A DNA stretch of 64,000 nt from Balanoglossus misakiensis (Eukaryota; Animalia; Hemichordata): the NCBI GenBank assembly GCA_040954595.2, contig CM082586.2:10013337-10077336 (forward strand), read 5' to 3'. Position numbers and translations under genes: made by a program. Numbering within the stretch: the stretch's first letter is position 1; each line of letters opens with the position of its first letter. The notes beneath the pieces were generated by a model that made no database searches, was not told where the DNA came from, and was given only the letters and a program-made list of their open reading frames with translations. Below are positions 23,101 to 36,200 of the stretch, one piece after another.

Positions 23101-23328
23101 CCCATTGAAGCCAAACAGCAAAAAAAATCAATTTTAGCAGAAAAATCCTACGGGAATACACATCATACCACAAAACGGAAGTACCCCCCCCCCAGAAAAA
23201 TATGATGGAGGGGCCCTTAAAATTGCACCCCATCATTTTCGGGTAGTTGGGTCCCCGTAGAAGCCAAAACAGCAAAAAAATCAATTTTAGCACAAAAATC
23301 CTACGGGAATACACATCATACCACACTA
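20180..23328 (+). mobile_element. Non-autonomous Academ (AcademX-type) transposon inserted in the satellite
   Basis: TAGTG(C/T)GGTATG termini; 3-bp TSD AGT (20177-20179, 23329-23331) that restores a satellite monomer; ~0.8-kb TIRs built from ~155-bp subrepeats; internal Cys-rich coding remnant. Confidence 0.85.
21910..22143 (+). pseudogene. C-terminal Cys8 (CXC/tesmin-like) zinc-finger remnant of an Academ transposase
   Basis: GW...PAPKAVLELIKCGCKAGCRGRCSCSKNDLLCTPLCKC, followed by an acidic tail in a shifted frame; this pattern is typical of the C-terminus of AcademX proteins. Confidence 0.75.
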
Positions 23329-24259
23329 AGTCGAAAATTTGTAATTTTTTGATGATTTTCACCCATGTTTTTTTTTTCAAAAATCGACGAACCCATGATT
23401 TTTTTCGAAATCGACGAAATTTTGAGATTTTGCAGTCGAAAATTTGTCATTTTTTGATGATTTTCACCCATGATTTTTTTCAAAAATCGACGAACCCATA
23501 ATTTTTTTCAAAATCGACGAAATTTTGAGATTTCGCAAAGTTGAAAATTTGACATTTGTTGATGATTTTCATGAGCTATAGCCCATGATTTTTTTTTCAA
23601 AATCGACGAACCCATGTTTTTTTTTCAAAAATCGACGATATTTTGAGATTTCGCAAAGTTGAAAATTTGACATTTGTTGATGATTTTCATGAGCTATAGC
23701 CCATGATTTTTTATTTCAAAAATCGACGAAATTTTGAGATTTGCAAAGTCGAACATTGGTCATTTTGATGATTTTCACCCATTTTTTTTTTCAAAAATCG
23801 ACGAACCCATAATTTTTTTTCAAAATCGACGAAATTTTGAGATTTTGCAAAGTCGAAAATTTGTCATTTTTTGATGATTTTCATCCATGTTTTTTTTCAC
23901 AATTCAACGAACCCATGATTGTTTTCAAAATCGACGAAATTTTGAGATTTTGCAAGAACCCATGATTTTTTTCAAATTCGACGAAATTTTGAGATTTTGC
24001 AAAGTCGAAAATTTGTCATTTTTTGATGATTTTCACCCATGATTTTTTGCAAAAATCGACGAACCCATGATTTTTTTCCAAAATCGACGAAATTTTGAGA
24101 TTTTGCAAAGTCGAAAATTTGTCATTTTTTGATGATTTTCATCCATGTTTTTTTTTTCAAAATTCAACGAACCCATGATTTTTTTCAAAATCGACGAAAT
24201 TTTGAGATTTTGCAAGAACCCATGATTTTTTTCAAAATCGACGAAATATTGAGATTTTG
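23329..24259 (-). repeat. 78-bp satellite, reverse-orientation block continuing after the Academ insertion
   Basis: Same monomer and orientation as 18150-20179. Confidence 0.95.
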
Positions 24260-27200
24260 CAAAATCTCAAAATTTCGTCGATTTTGAAAAAAAATCATGG
24301 GTTCGTCGATTTTTGAAAAAAAACGGGAGAAAATCTTCAAAAAATGGGAATTTTGTCGATTTTTGAAAAAAAAAATCATGGGTGAAAATCATCAAAAAAT
24401 GACAAATTTTCGACTTTGCAAAATCTCAAAATTTCGTCGATTTTTGAGAAAAATCATGGGTGAAAATCATCAAAAAATGACAAATTTTCGACTTTGCAAA
24501 ATCTCAAAATTTCGTCGATTTTTGAAAAAAAACATGGATGAAAATCATCGAAAAATGACAAATTTTCGACTGCAAAATCTCAAAATTTTGTCGATTTTGA
24601 AAAAAGTATGGGTTCGTCGATTTTTAAAAAAAATCATGGGTGAAAATCATCAAAAAATGACAAATTTTCGACTTTGCAAGAACTTCGAGATTTTCGTCGA
24701 TTTTTGAAAAAAAAAATCGTGGGGGGGGGGGAAATCATAAAAAAATGACAAATTTTCGACTTTGCAAAATCTCAAAATATCGTCGATTTTGGAAAAAAAA
24801 CATGGGTTCGTCGAAAAAAAAACATGGGTGAAAATCATCAAAAAATGACAAATTTTCGACTTTGCAAAATCTCAAAAGTCCGTCGATTTAAAAAAAAAAC
24901 ATGGGTGAAAATCTTCAAAAAATGACAAATTTTCGACTTTGCAAAAACTCAAAATTTCGTCGATTTTTGAAAAAAAATGGGTGAAAATCATCAAAAAATG
25001 ACAAATTTTCGACTGCACAATCTTAAAATTTCGTCAATTTTTGAAAAAAAATCATGGGTAAAAATCATCAATAAATGAAAAATGTTCGACTTTGCAAAAT
25101 CTCAAAATTTCGTCGATTTTTGAAAAAAATCATGGGTGAAAATCATCAAAAAATGACAAATTTTCGACTTTGCAAAATTTTCAAAAATTCGTCGATTTTT
25201 GAAAAAAAAATGGGTTATAGCTGATGAAAATCATCAACAAATGACAAATTTTTGTCTGCAAAATCTCAAAATTTCGTCGATTTTTGAAAAAAAAACATGG
25301 ATGAAAATCATCAAAAAATGACAAATTTTCGACTGCAAAATCTCAAAATTTTGTCGATTTTGAAAAAAGTATGGGTTCGTCGATTTTTAAAAAAAATCAT
25401 GGCTGAAAATCATCAAAAAATGACAAATTTTCGACTTTGCAAGAACTTCGAGATTTTCGTCGATTTTTGAAAAAAAAAATCGTGGGGGGGGGGGGGAAAT
25501 CATAAAAAAATGACAAATTTTCGACTTTGCAAAATCTCAATATATCGTCGATTTTGGAAAAAAAAAAACATGGGTTCGTCGAAAAAAAAACGGGTGAAAA
25601 TCATCAAAAAATGACAAATTTTCGAATTTGCAAAATCTCAAAAGTCCGTCGATTTTGAAAAAAAACATGGGTGAAAATCTTCAAAAAATGATTCTTGAAA
25701 AAAATGGGTGAAAATCATCAAAAATGACAAAGTTTCGACTTTGCAAAATCTCAAAATTTCATCGATTTCTGAAAAAAATCATAGGGGAAAATCATCAAAA
25801 AATGACAAATTTTCGACTGCAAAATCTTAAAATTTCGTCAATTTTTGAAAAAAAATCATGGGTAAAAATCATCAAAAAATGACAAATTTTCGACTTTGCA
25901 AAATCTCAAAATTTCGTCAATTTTTGAAAAAAAAATCGTGGGGGGGGGGGGGGAAATCATCAAAAAAATGACAAATTTTCGACTTTGCAAAATTTTGAAA
26001 AATTCGTCGATTTAAAAAAAAAAACATGGGTTCGTCCATTTTTGAAAAAAAAAACATGGGTGAAAATCATCAACAAATGACAAATGTTCAACTTTGCAAA
26101 ATCTCAAAATTTCGTCGATTTTTGAAAAAAAAAATCGTGGGGGGGGGGGGAAATCATCAAAAAAATTACAAATTTTCGACTTAACAAAATTTTCAAAAAT
26201 TCGTCGATTTTTGAAAAAAAAAAACATGGGTTCGTCCATTTTTGAAAAAAAAAACATGGGTGAAAATCATCAACAAATGACAAATGTTCAACTTTGCAAA
26301 ATCTCAAAATATTGTCGATTTTTGAAAAAAAATCATGGGTTCGTTGATTTTTGAAAAAAAAACGGGTGAAAATCATCAAAAAATTACAAATTTTCGTCTT
26401 TGCAAAATCTCAAAATTTCGTCGATTTTTGAAAAATAAAATCATGGGTAAAAATCATCAAAAAAATACAAATTTTCGACTTTGCAAAATCTAAAAATTTT
26501 GTCGATTTTTGAAAAAAATCATGGGTGAAAATCATCAAAAAATGACAAATTTTCGACTTTGCAAAATCTCAAAATTTCGTAGATTTTTGAAAAAAAATCA
26601 TGGGTTCGTTGATTTTTGAAAAAAAAACATGGGTGAAAATCATCAAAAAATTACAAATTTTCGAATTTGCAAAATCTCAAAATTTCGTCGATTTTTGAAA
26701 AAAAAAATCATGGGTAAAAATCATCAAAAAATTACAAATTTTCGACTTTGCAAAATCTAAAAATTTTGTCGATTTTTGAAAAAAATCATGGGTGAAAATC
26801 ATCAAAAAATGACAAATTTTCGACTTTGCAAAATCTCAAAATTTCGTCGATTTTTGAAAAAAATCATGGGTTCGTTCAATTTTGAAAAAAAAACATGGGT
26901 GAAAATCATCAAAAAATTACAAATTTTCGACTTTGCAAAATCTCAAAATTTTGTCGATTTTTGAAAAAAAATCATGGGTGAAAATCATTAATAAATGACA
27001 AATTTTCGACTTTGCAAAATCTCAAAATTTCGTCGATTTTTGAAAAAAAATCATGGGTGAAAATCATCAAAAAATTACAAATTTTCGACTTTGCAAAATC
27101 TCAAAATTTCGTCGATTTTTGAGAAAAATCATGGGTGAAAATCATCAAAAAATGACAAATTTTCGACTTTGCAAAATCTCAAAATTTTGTCGATTTTTGA

Positions 27201-30200
27201 AAAAAAATCATGGGTTCGTTGATTTTTGAAAAAAAACATGGGTGAAAATCATCAAAAAATTACAAATTTTCGACTTTGCAAAATCTCAAAATTTCGTAGA
27301 TTTTGGAAAAAAAAATCATGGGTTCGTCGATTTTTGAAAAAAATCATGGGTGAAAATCATCAAAAAATGACAAATTTTCGTCTTTGCAAAATCCCAAAAT
27401 TTGGTCGATTTTTGAAAAACAAAATCATGGGAAAAAATCAATAAAAAATGACAAATTTTCGACTTTGCAAAATCTCAAAATTTCGTAAATTTTTGAAAAA
27501 AAGTCATGGGTGAAAATCATCAAAAAATTACAAATTTTCGTCTTTGCAAAATCTCAAAATTTCGTCGATTTTTGAAAAAAAAAATCATGCGTAAAAATCA
27601 TCAAAAAATTACAAATTTTCGACTTTGCAAAATCTAAAAATTTTGTCGATTTTTGAAAAAAACAATCATGGTGAAAATCATCAAAAAATGACAAATTTTC
27701 GACTTTGCAAAATCTCAAAATGTCAATTTTTTAAAAAAATCATGAGTTCGTTGATTTTTAAAAAAAAACATTGGTGTCAATTTTTTAAAAAAATCATGGG
27801 TTCGTTGATTTTAAAAAAAAACATTGGTGAAAATCATCAAAAAATTACAAATTTTCGACTTTGCAAAATCTCAAAATTTCGTACATTTTTGAAAAAAAAT
27901 CATGGGTGAAAATCATCAAAAAATGACAAATTTTCGTCTTTGCAAAATCTCAAAATTTCGTCATTTTTTAAAAAAAAATCATGGTGAAAATCATCAAAAA
28001 ATGACAAATTGTCGACTTTGCAAAATCTAAAAATTTTGTCGATTTTTGAAAAAAATCATGGGTGAAAATAATCAAAAAATGACAAATTTTCGACTTTGCA
28101 AAATCTCAAAATTTCGTCGATTTTTGAAAAAAATCATGGGTGAAAATCATCAAAAAATGACAAATTTTCGACTTTGCAAAATCTCAAAATTTTGTCGATT
28201 TTTGAAAAAAAATCATGGGTTCGTTGATTTTTGAAAAAAAACATGGGTGAAAATCATCAAAAAATTACAAATTTTCGAATTTGCAAAATCTCAAAATTTC
28301 GTCGATTTTTGAAAAAAAAAAACATGGGTGAAAATCATCAAAAAATGACAAATTTTCGACTTTGCAAAATCTCAAAATTTCGTAAATTTTTGAAAAAAAG
28401 TCATGGGTGAAAATCATCAAAAAATTAAAAAGTTTCGTCTTTGCAAAATCTCAAAAAATCGTCGATTTTTGAAAAAAAAAATCATGGGTAAAAATCATCA
28501 AAAAATTACAAATTTTCGACTTTGCAAAATCTAAAAATTTTGTCGATTTTTGAAAAAAATCATGGGTGAAAATCATCAAAAAATGACAAATTTTCGACTT
28601 TGCAAAATCTCAAAATTTCGTCGATTTTTGAAAAAAATCATGGGTGAAAATCATCAAAAAATGACAAATTTTCGACTTTGCAAAATCTCAAAATTTCGTA
28701 AATTTTTGAAAAAAAGTCATGGGTGAAAATCATCAAAAAATTAAAAAGTTTCGTCTTTGCAAAATCTCAAAATTTCGTCGATTTTTGAAAAAAAAATCAT
28801 GGGTAAAAATCATCAAAAAATTACAAATTTTCGACTTTGCAAAATCTAAAAATTTTGTCGATTTTTGAAAAAAATCATGGGTGAAAATCATCAAAAAATG
28901 ACAAATTTTCGACTTTGCAAAATCTCAAAATTTCGTCGATTTTTGAAAAAAATCATGGGTGAAAATCATCAAAAAATGACAAATTTTCGACTTTGCAAAA
29001 TCTTAAATTTCGTCGATTTTTGAAAAAAATCATGGGTGAAAATCATCAAAAAATGACAAATTTTTGACTTTGCAAAATCTCAAAATTTCGTCGATTTTTG
29101 AGAAAAATCATAGGAAAAAATTATCAAAAAATGACAAATTTTCGACTTTGCAAAATCTCAAAATTTCGTCGATTTTTGAAAAAAATCATGGGTGAAAATC
29201 ATCAAAAAATGACAAATTTTCGACTTTGCAAAATCTTAAATTTCGTCGATTTTTGAAAAAAATCATGGGTGAAAATCATCAAAAAATGACAAATTTTTGA
29301 CTTTGCAAAATCTCAAAATTTCGTCGATTTTTGAGAAAAATCATGGGTGAAAATCATCAAAAAATGACAAATTTTCGTCTTTGCAAAATCTCAAAATTTG
29401 GTCGATTTTTGAAAAAAAAATCATGGGTAAAAATCATCAAAAAATGACAAATTTTCGACTTTGCAAAATCTCAAATTTCGTCGATTTTTGAAAAGAATCA
29501 TGGGTGAAAATCATGAAAAAATGACAAATTTTCGACTTTGCAAAATCTCAAAATTTCGTCGATTTTTGAGAAAAATCATGGGTGAAAATCATCAAAAAAC
29601 GACAAATTTTCGTCTTTGCAAAATCTCAAAATTTCGTCGATTTTTGAAAAAAATCATGGGTGAAAATCATCAAAAAATGACAATTTTTTGTCTTTGCAAA
29701 ATCTCAAAATTTGGTCGATTTTTGAAAAACAAAATCATGGGAAAAAATCATCAAAAAATGACAAATTTTCGACTTTGCAAAATCTCAAAATTTCGTCGAT
29801 TTTGGAAAAAAAAACATGGGTGAAAATCATCAAAAAATGACAAATTTTCGAATTTGCAAAATCTCAAAATTTCGTCGATTTTTGAAAAAAATCATGGGTT
29901 CGTTCAATTTTGAAAAAAAACATGGGTGAAAATCATCAAAAAATGACAAATTTTCGTCTTTGCAAAATCCCAAAATTTCGTAAATTTTTGAAAAAAAGTC
30001 ATGGGTGAAAATCATCAAAAAATTACAAATTTTCGTCTTTGCAAAATCTCAAAATTTCGTCGATTTTTGAAAAAAAAAATCATGGGTAAAAATCATCAAA
30101 AAATTACAAATTTTCGACTTTGCAAAATCTAAAAATTTTGTCGATTTTTGAAAAAAACAATCATGGTGAAAATCATCAAAAAATGACAAATTTTCGACTT

Positions 30201-33200
30201 TGCAAAATCTCAAAATGTTGTCAATTTTTTAAAAAATTCATGAGTTCGTTGATTTTTTAAAAAAAACATTGGTGTCAATTTTTGAAAAAAATCATGGGTT
30301 CGTTGATTTTTAAAAAAAAACATTGGTGAAAATCATCAAAAAATTACAAATTTTCGACTTTGCAAAATCTCAAAATTTCGTACATTTTTGAAAAAAAATC
30401 ATGGGTGAAAATCATCAAAAAATGACAAATTTTCGACTTTGCAAAATCTCAAAATTTCGTCGATTTTTGAAAAAAATCACGGGTGAAAATCATCAAAAAA
30501 TGACAAATTTTCGTCTTTGCTAAATCTCAAAATTTCGTCGATTTTTGAAAAAAATCATGGGTGAAAATCATCAAAAAATGACAAATTTTCGACTTTGCAA
30601 AATCTCAAAATTTCGTACATTTTTAAAAAAAAATCATGGGTGAAATTCATCAAAAAATGACAAATTTTCGTCTTTGCAAAATCTCAAAATTTCGCCGATT
30701 TTTGAAAAAAACAATCATGGTGAAAATCATCAAAAAATGACAAATTTTCGACTTTGCAAAATCTCAAAATGTTGTCAATTTTTAAAAAAAATCATGAGTT
30801 CGTTGATTTTTAAAAAAAAACATTGGTGTCAATTTTTGAAAAAAATCATGGGTTCGTTGATTTTTAAAAAAAAACATTGGTGAAAATCATCAAAAAATTA
30901 CAAATTTTCGACTTTGCAAAATCTAAAAATTTCGTACATTTTTGAAAAAAAATCATGGGTGAAAATCATCAAAAAATGACAAATTTTCGTCTTTGCAAAA
31001 TCTCAAAATTTCGTCGTTTTTTAAAAAAAAATCATGGTGAAAATCATCAAAAAATGACAAATTGTCGACTTTGCAAAATCTAAAAATTTTGTCGATTTTT
31101 GAAAAAAATCATGGGTGAAAATAATCAAAAAATGACAAATTTTCGACTTTGCAAAATCTCAAAATTTCGTCGATTTTTGAAAAAAATCATGGGTGAAAAT
31201 CATCAAAAAATGACAAATTTTCGACTTTGCAAAATCTCAAAATTTCGTCGATTTTTGAAAAAAATCATGGGTTCGTTCAATTTTGAAAAAAAACGGGTGA
31301 AAATCATCAAAAAATTACAAATTTTCGACTTTGCAAAATCTCAAAATTTTGTCGATTTTTGAAAAAAAATCATGGGTGAAAATCATTAATAAATGACAAA
31401 TTTTCGACTTTGCAAAATCTCAAAATTTCGTCGATTTTTGAAAAAAAATCATGGGTGAAAATCATCAAAAAATGACAAATTTTCGACTTTGCAAAATCTC
31501 AAAATTTCGTCGATTTTTGAGAAAAATCATGGGTGAAAATCATCAAAAAATGACAAATTTTCGACTTTGCAAAATCTCAAAATTTTGTCGATTTTTGAAA
31601 AAAAATCATGGGTTCGTTGATTTTTGAAAAAAAACATGGGTGAAAATCATCAAAAAAGTACAAATTTTCGAATTTGCATAATCTCAAAATTTCGTCGATT
31701 TTTGAAAAAAAAACATGGGTGAAAATCATCAAAAAATGACAAATTTTCGACTTTGCAAAATCTCAAAATTTCGTAAATTTTTGAAAAAAAGTCATGGGTG
31801 AAAATCATCAAAAAATTACAAATTTTCGTCTTTGCAAAATCTCAAAATTTCGTCGAGTTTTGAAAAAAATCATGGGTGAAAATCATCAAAAAATGACAAA
31901 TTTTCGACTTTGCAAAATCTCAAAATTTTGTCGATTTTTGAAAAAAAATCATGGGTTCGTTGATTTTTTAAAAAAAACATGGGTGAAAATCATCAAAAAA
32001 TTACAAATTTTCGAATTTGCAAAATCTCAAAATTTCGTCGATTTTTGAAAAAAAAACATGGGTGAAAATCATCAAAAAATGTCAAATTTTCGACTTTGCA
32101 AAATCTCAAAATTTCGTAAATTTTTGAAAAAAAGTCATGGGTGAAAATCATCAAAAAATTACAAATTTTCGTCTTTGCAAAATCTCAAAATTTCGTCGAT
32201 TTTTGAAAAAAATCATGGGTGAAAATCATCAAAAAATGACAAATTTTCGATTTGCAAAATCTCAAAATTTTGTCGATTTTTGAAAAAAAATCATGGGTTC
32301 GTTGATTTTTGAAAAAAAACATGGGTGAAAATCATCAAAAAATTACAAATTTTCGAATTTGCAAAATCTCAAAATTTCGTCGATTTTTGAAAAAAAACAT
32401 GGGTGAAAATCATCAAAAAATGACAAATTTTCGACTTTGCAAAATCTCAAAATTTCGTAAATTTTTGAAAAAAAGTCATGGGTGAAAATCATCAAAAAAT
32501 TACAAATTTTCGTCTTTGCAAAATCTCAAAATTTCGTCGATTTTTGAAAAAAAAAATCATGGGTAAAAATCATCAAAAAATAACAAATTTTCGACTTTGC
32601 AAAATCTAAAAATTTTGTCGATTTTTGAAAAAAATCATGGGTGAAAATCATCAAAAAATGACAAATTTTCGACTTTGCAAAATCTCAAAATTTCGTCGAT
32701 TTTTGAAAAAAATCATGGGTTCGTTCGATTTCGAAAAAAAACATGGGTGAAAATCATCAAAAAATTACAAATTTTCGACTTTGCAAAATCTCAAAATTTT
32801 GTCGATTTTTGAAAAAAAATCATGGGTGAAAATCATTAATAAATGACAAATTTTCGACTTTGCAAAATCTCAAAATTTCGTCGATTTTTGAAAAAAAATC
32901 ATGGGTGAAAATCATCAAAAAATTACAAATTTTCGACTTTGCAAAATCTCAAAATTTCGTCGATTTTCGAGAAAAATCATGGGTGAAAATCATCAAAAAA
33001 TGACAAATTTTCGACTTTGCAAAAACTCAAAATTTTGTCGATTTTTGAAAAAAAATCATGGGTTCGTTGATTTTTGAAAAAAAACAAGGGTGAAAATCAT
33101 CAAAAAATTACAAATTTTCGAATTTGCAAAATCTCAAAATTTTGTCGATTTTTGAAAAAAATCATGGGTGAAAATAATCAAAAAATTACAAATTTTCGAC

Positions 33201-36200
33201 TTTGCAAAATCTAAAAATTTTGTCGATTTTTGAAAAAAATCATGGGTGAAAATCATCAAAAAATGACAAATTTTCGACTTTGCAAAATCTCAAAATTTTG
33301 TCGATTTTTGAAAAAAAATCATGGGTTCGTTGATTTTTGAAAAAAAACATGGGTGAAAATCATCAAAAAATTACAAATTTTCGAATTTGCAAAATCTCAA
33401 AATTTTGTCGATTTTTGAAAAAAATCATGGGTGAAAATAATCAAAAAATTACAAATTTTCGACTTTGCAAAATCTAAAAATTTTGTCGATTTTTGAAAAA
33501 AATCATGGGTGAAAATCATCAAAAAATGACAAATTTTCGACTATGCAAAATCTCAAAATTTAGTCGATTTTTGAAAAAAATCATGGGTTCGTTCAATTTT
33601 GAAAAAAAACATGGGTGAAAATCATCAAAAAATTACAAATTTTCGACTTTGCAAAATCTCAAAATTTTGTCGATTTTTGAAAAAAAATCATGGGTGAAAA
33701 TCATTAATAAATGACAAATTTTCGACTTTGCAAAATCTCAAAATTTCGTCGATTTTTGAAAAAAAATCATGGGTGAAAATCATCAAAAAATTACAAATTT
33801 TCGACTTTGCAAAATCTCAAAATTTCGTCGATTTTTGAGAAAAATCATGGGTGAAAATCATCAAAAAATGACAAATTTTCGACTTTGCAAAATCTCAAAA
33901 TTTTGTCGATTTTTGAAAAAAAATCATGGGTTCGTTGATTTTTGAAAAAAAACATGGGTGAAAATCATCAAAAAATTACAAATTTTCGAATTTGCAAAAT
34001 CTCAAAATTTCTTAAATTTTTGAAAAAAAGTCATGGGTGAAAATCATCAAAAAATTACAAATTTTCGTCTTTGCAAAATCTCAAAATTTCGTCGATTTTT
34101 GAAAAAAAAAATCATGGGTAAAAATCATCAAAAAATTACAAATTTTCGACTTTGCAAAATCTAAAAATTTTGTCGATTTTTGAAAAAAATCATGGGTGAA
34201 AATCATCAAAAAATGACAAATTTTCGACTTTGCAAAATCTCAAAATTTCGTAGATTTTTGAAAAAAAAAATCATGGGTAAAAATCATCAAAAAATTACAA
34301 ATTTTCGACTTTGCAAAATCTAAAAATTTTGTCGATTTTTGAAAACAATCATGGGTGAAAATCATCAAAAAATGACAAATTTTCGACTTTGCAAAATCTC
34401 AAAATTTTGTCGGTTTTTGAAAAAAAATCATGGGTGAAAATCATTAATAAATGACAAATTTTCGACTTTGCAAAATCTCAAAATTTCGTCGATTTTTGAA
34501 AAAAAATCATGGGTGAAAATCATCAAAAAATTACAAATTTTCGACTTTGCAAAATCTCAAAATTTCGTCGATTTTTGAGAAAAATCATGGGTGAAAATCA
34601 TCAAAAAATGACAAATTTTCGACTTTGCAAAATCTCAAAATTTTGTCGATTTTTGAAAAAAATCATGGGTTCGTTCAATTTTGAAAAAAAACATGGGTGA
34701 AAATCATCAAAAAATTACAAATTTTCGACTTTGCAAAATCTCAAAATTTCGTCGATTTTTGAAAAAAAATCATGGGTGAAAATCATCAAAAAATTACAAA
34801 TTTTCGACTTTGCAAAATCTCAAAATGTTGTCAATTTTTAAAAAAAATCATGAGTTCGTTGATTTTTAAAAAAAAACATTGGTGTCAATTTTTGAAAAAA
34901 ATCATGGGTTCGTTGATTTTTAAAAAAAAACATTGGTGAAAATCATCAAAAAATTACAAATTTTCGACTTTGCAAAATCTAAAAATTTCGTACATTTTTG
35001 AAAAAAAATCATGGGTGAAAATCATCAAAAAATGACAAATTTTCGTCTTTGCAAAATCTCAAAATTTCGTCGTTTTTTAAAAAAAAATCATGGTGAAAAT
35101 CATCAAAAAATGACAAATTGTCGACTTTGCAAAATCTAAAAATTTTGTCGATTTTTGAAAAAAATCATGGGTGAAAATAATCAAAAAATGACAAATTTTC
35201 GACTTTGCAAAATCTAAAAATTTCGTCGATTTTTGAAAAAAATCATGGGTGAAAATCATCAAAAAATGACAAATTTTCGACTTTGCAAAATCTCAAAATT
35301 TCGTCGATTTTTGAAAAAAATCATGGGTTCGTTCAATTTTGAAAAAAAACGGGTGAAAATCATCAAAAAATTACAAATTTTCGACTTTGCAAAATCTCAA
35401 AATTTTGTCGATTTTTGAAAAAAAATCATGGGTGAAAATCATTAATAAATGACAAATTTTCGACTTTGCAAAATCTCAAAATTTCGTCGATTTTTGAAAA
35501 AAAATCATGGGTGAAAATCATCAAAAAATTACAAATTTTCGACTTTGCAAAATCTCAAAATTTCGTCGATTTTTGAGAAAAATCATGGGTGAAAATCATC
35601 AAAAAATGACAAATTTTCGACTTTGCAAAATCTCAAAATTTTGTCGATTTTTGAAAAAAAATCATGGGTTCGTTGATTTTTGAAAAAAAACATGGGTGAA
35701 AATCATCAAAAAATTACAAATTTTCGAATTTGCAAAATCTCAAAATTTCGTCGATTTTGAAAAAAACCATTGGGGGAAAATCATCAAAAAATGACAAATT
35801 TTCGACTTTGCAAAATCTCAAAATTTCGTCGATTTTTGAAAAAAATCATGGGTTCGTTCAATTTTGAAAAAAAATATGGGTGAAAATCATCAAAAAATTA
35901 CAAATTTTCGTCTTTGCAAAATCTCAAAATTTCGTCGATTTTTGAAAAAAAAAATCATGGGTAAAAATCATCAAAAAATTACAAATTTTCGACTTTGCAA
36001 AATCTCAAAATTTTGTCGATTTTTGAAAAAAATCATGGGTGAAAATCATCAAAAAATGACAAATTTTCGACTTTGCAAAATCTCAAAATTTCGTCGATTT
36101 TTGAAAAAAATCATGGGTTCGTTCAATTTTGAAAAAAAACATGGGTGAAAATCATCAAAAAATTACAAATTTTCGACTTTGCAAAATCTCAAAAATTTGT

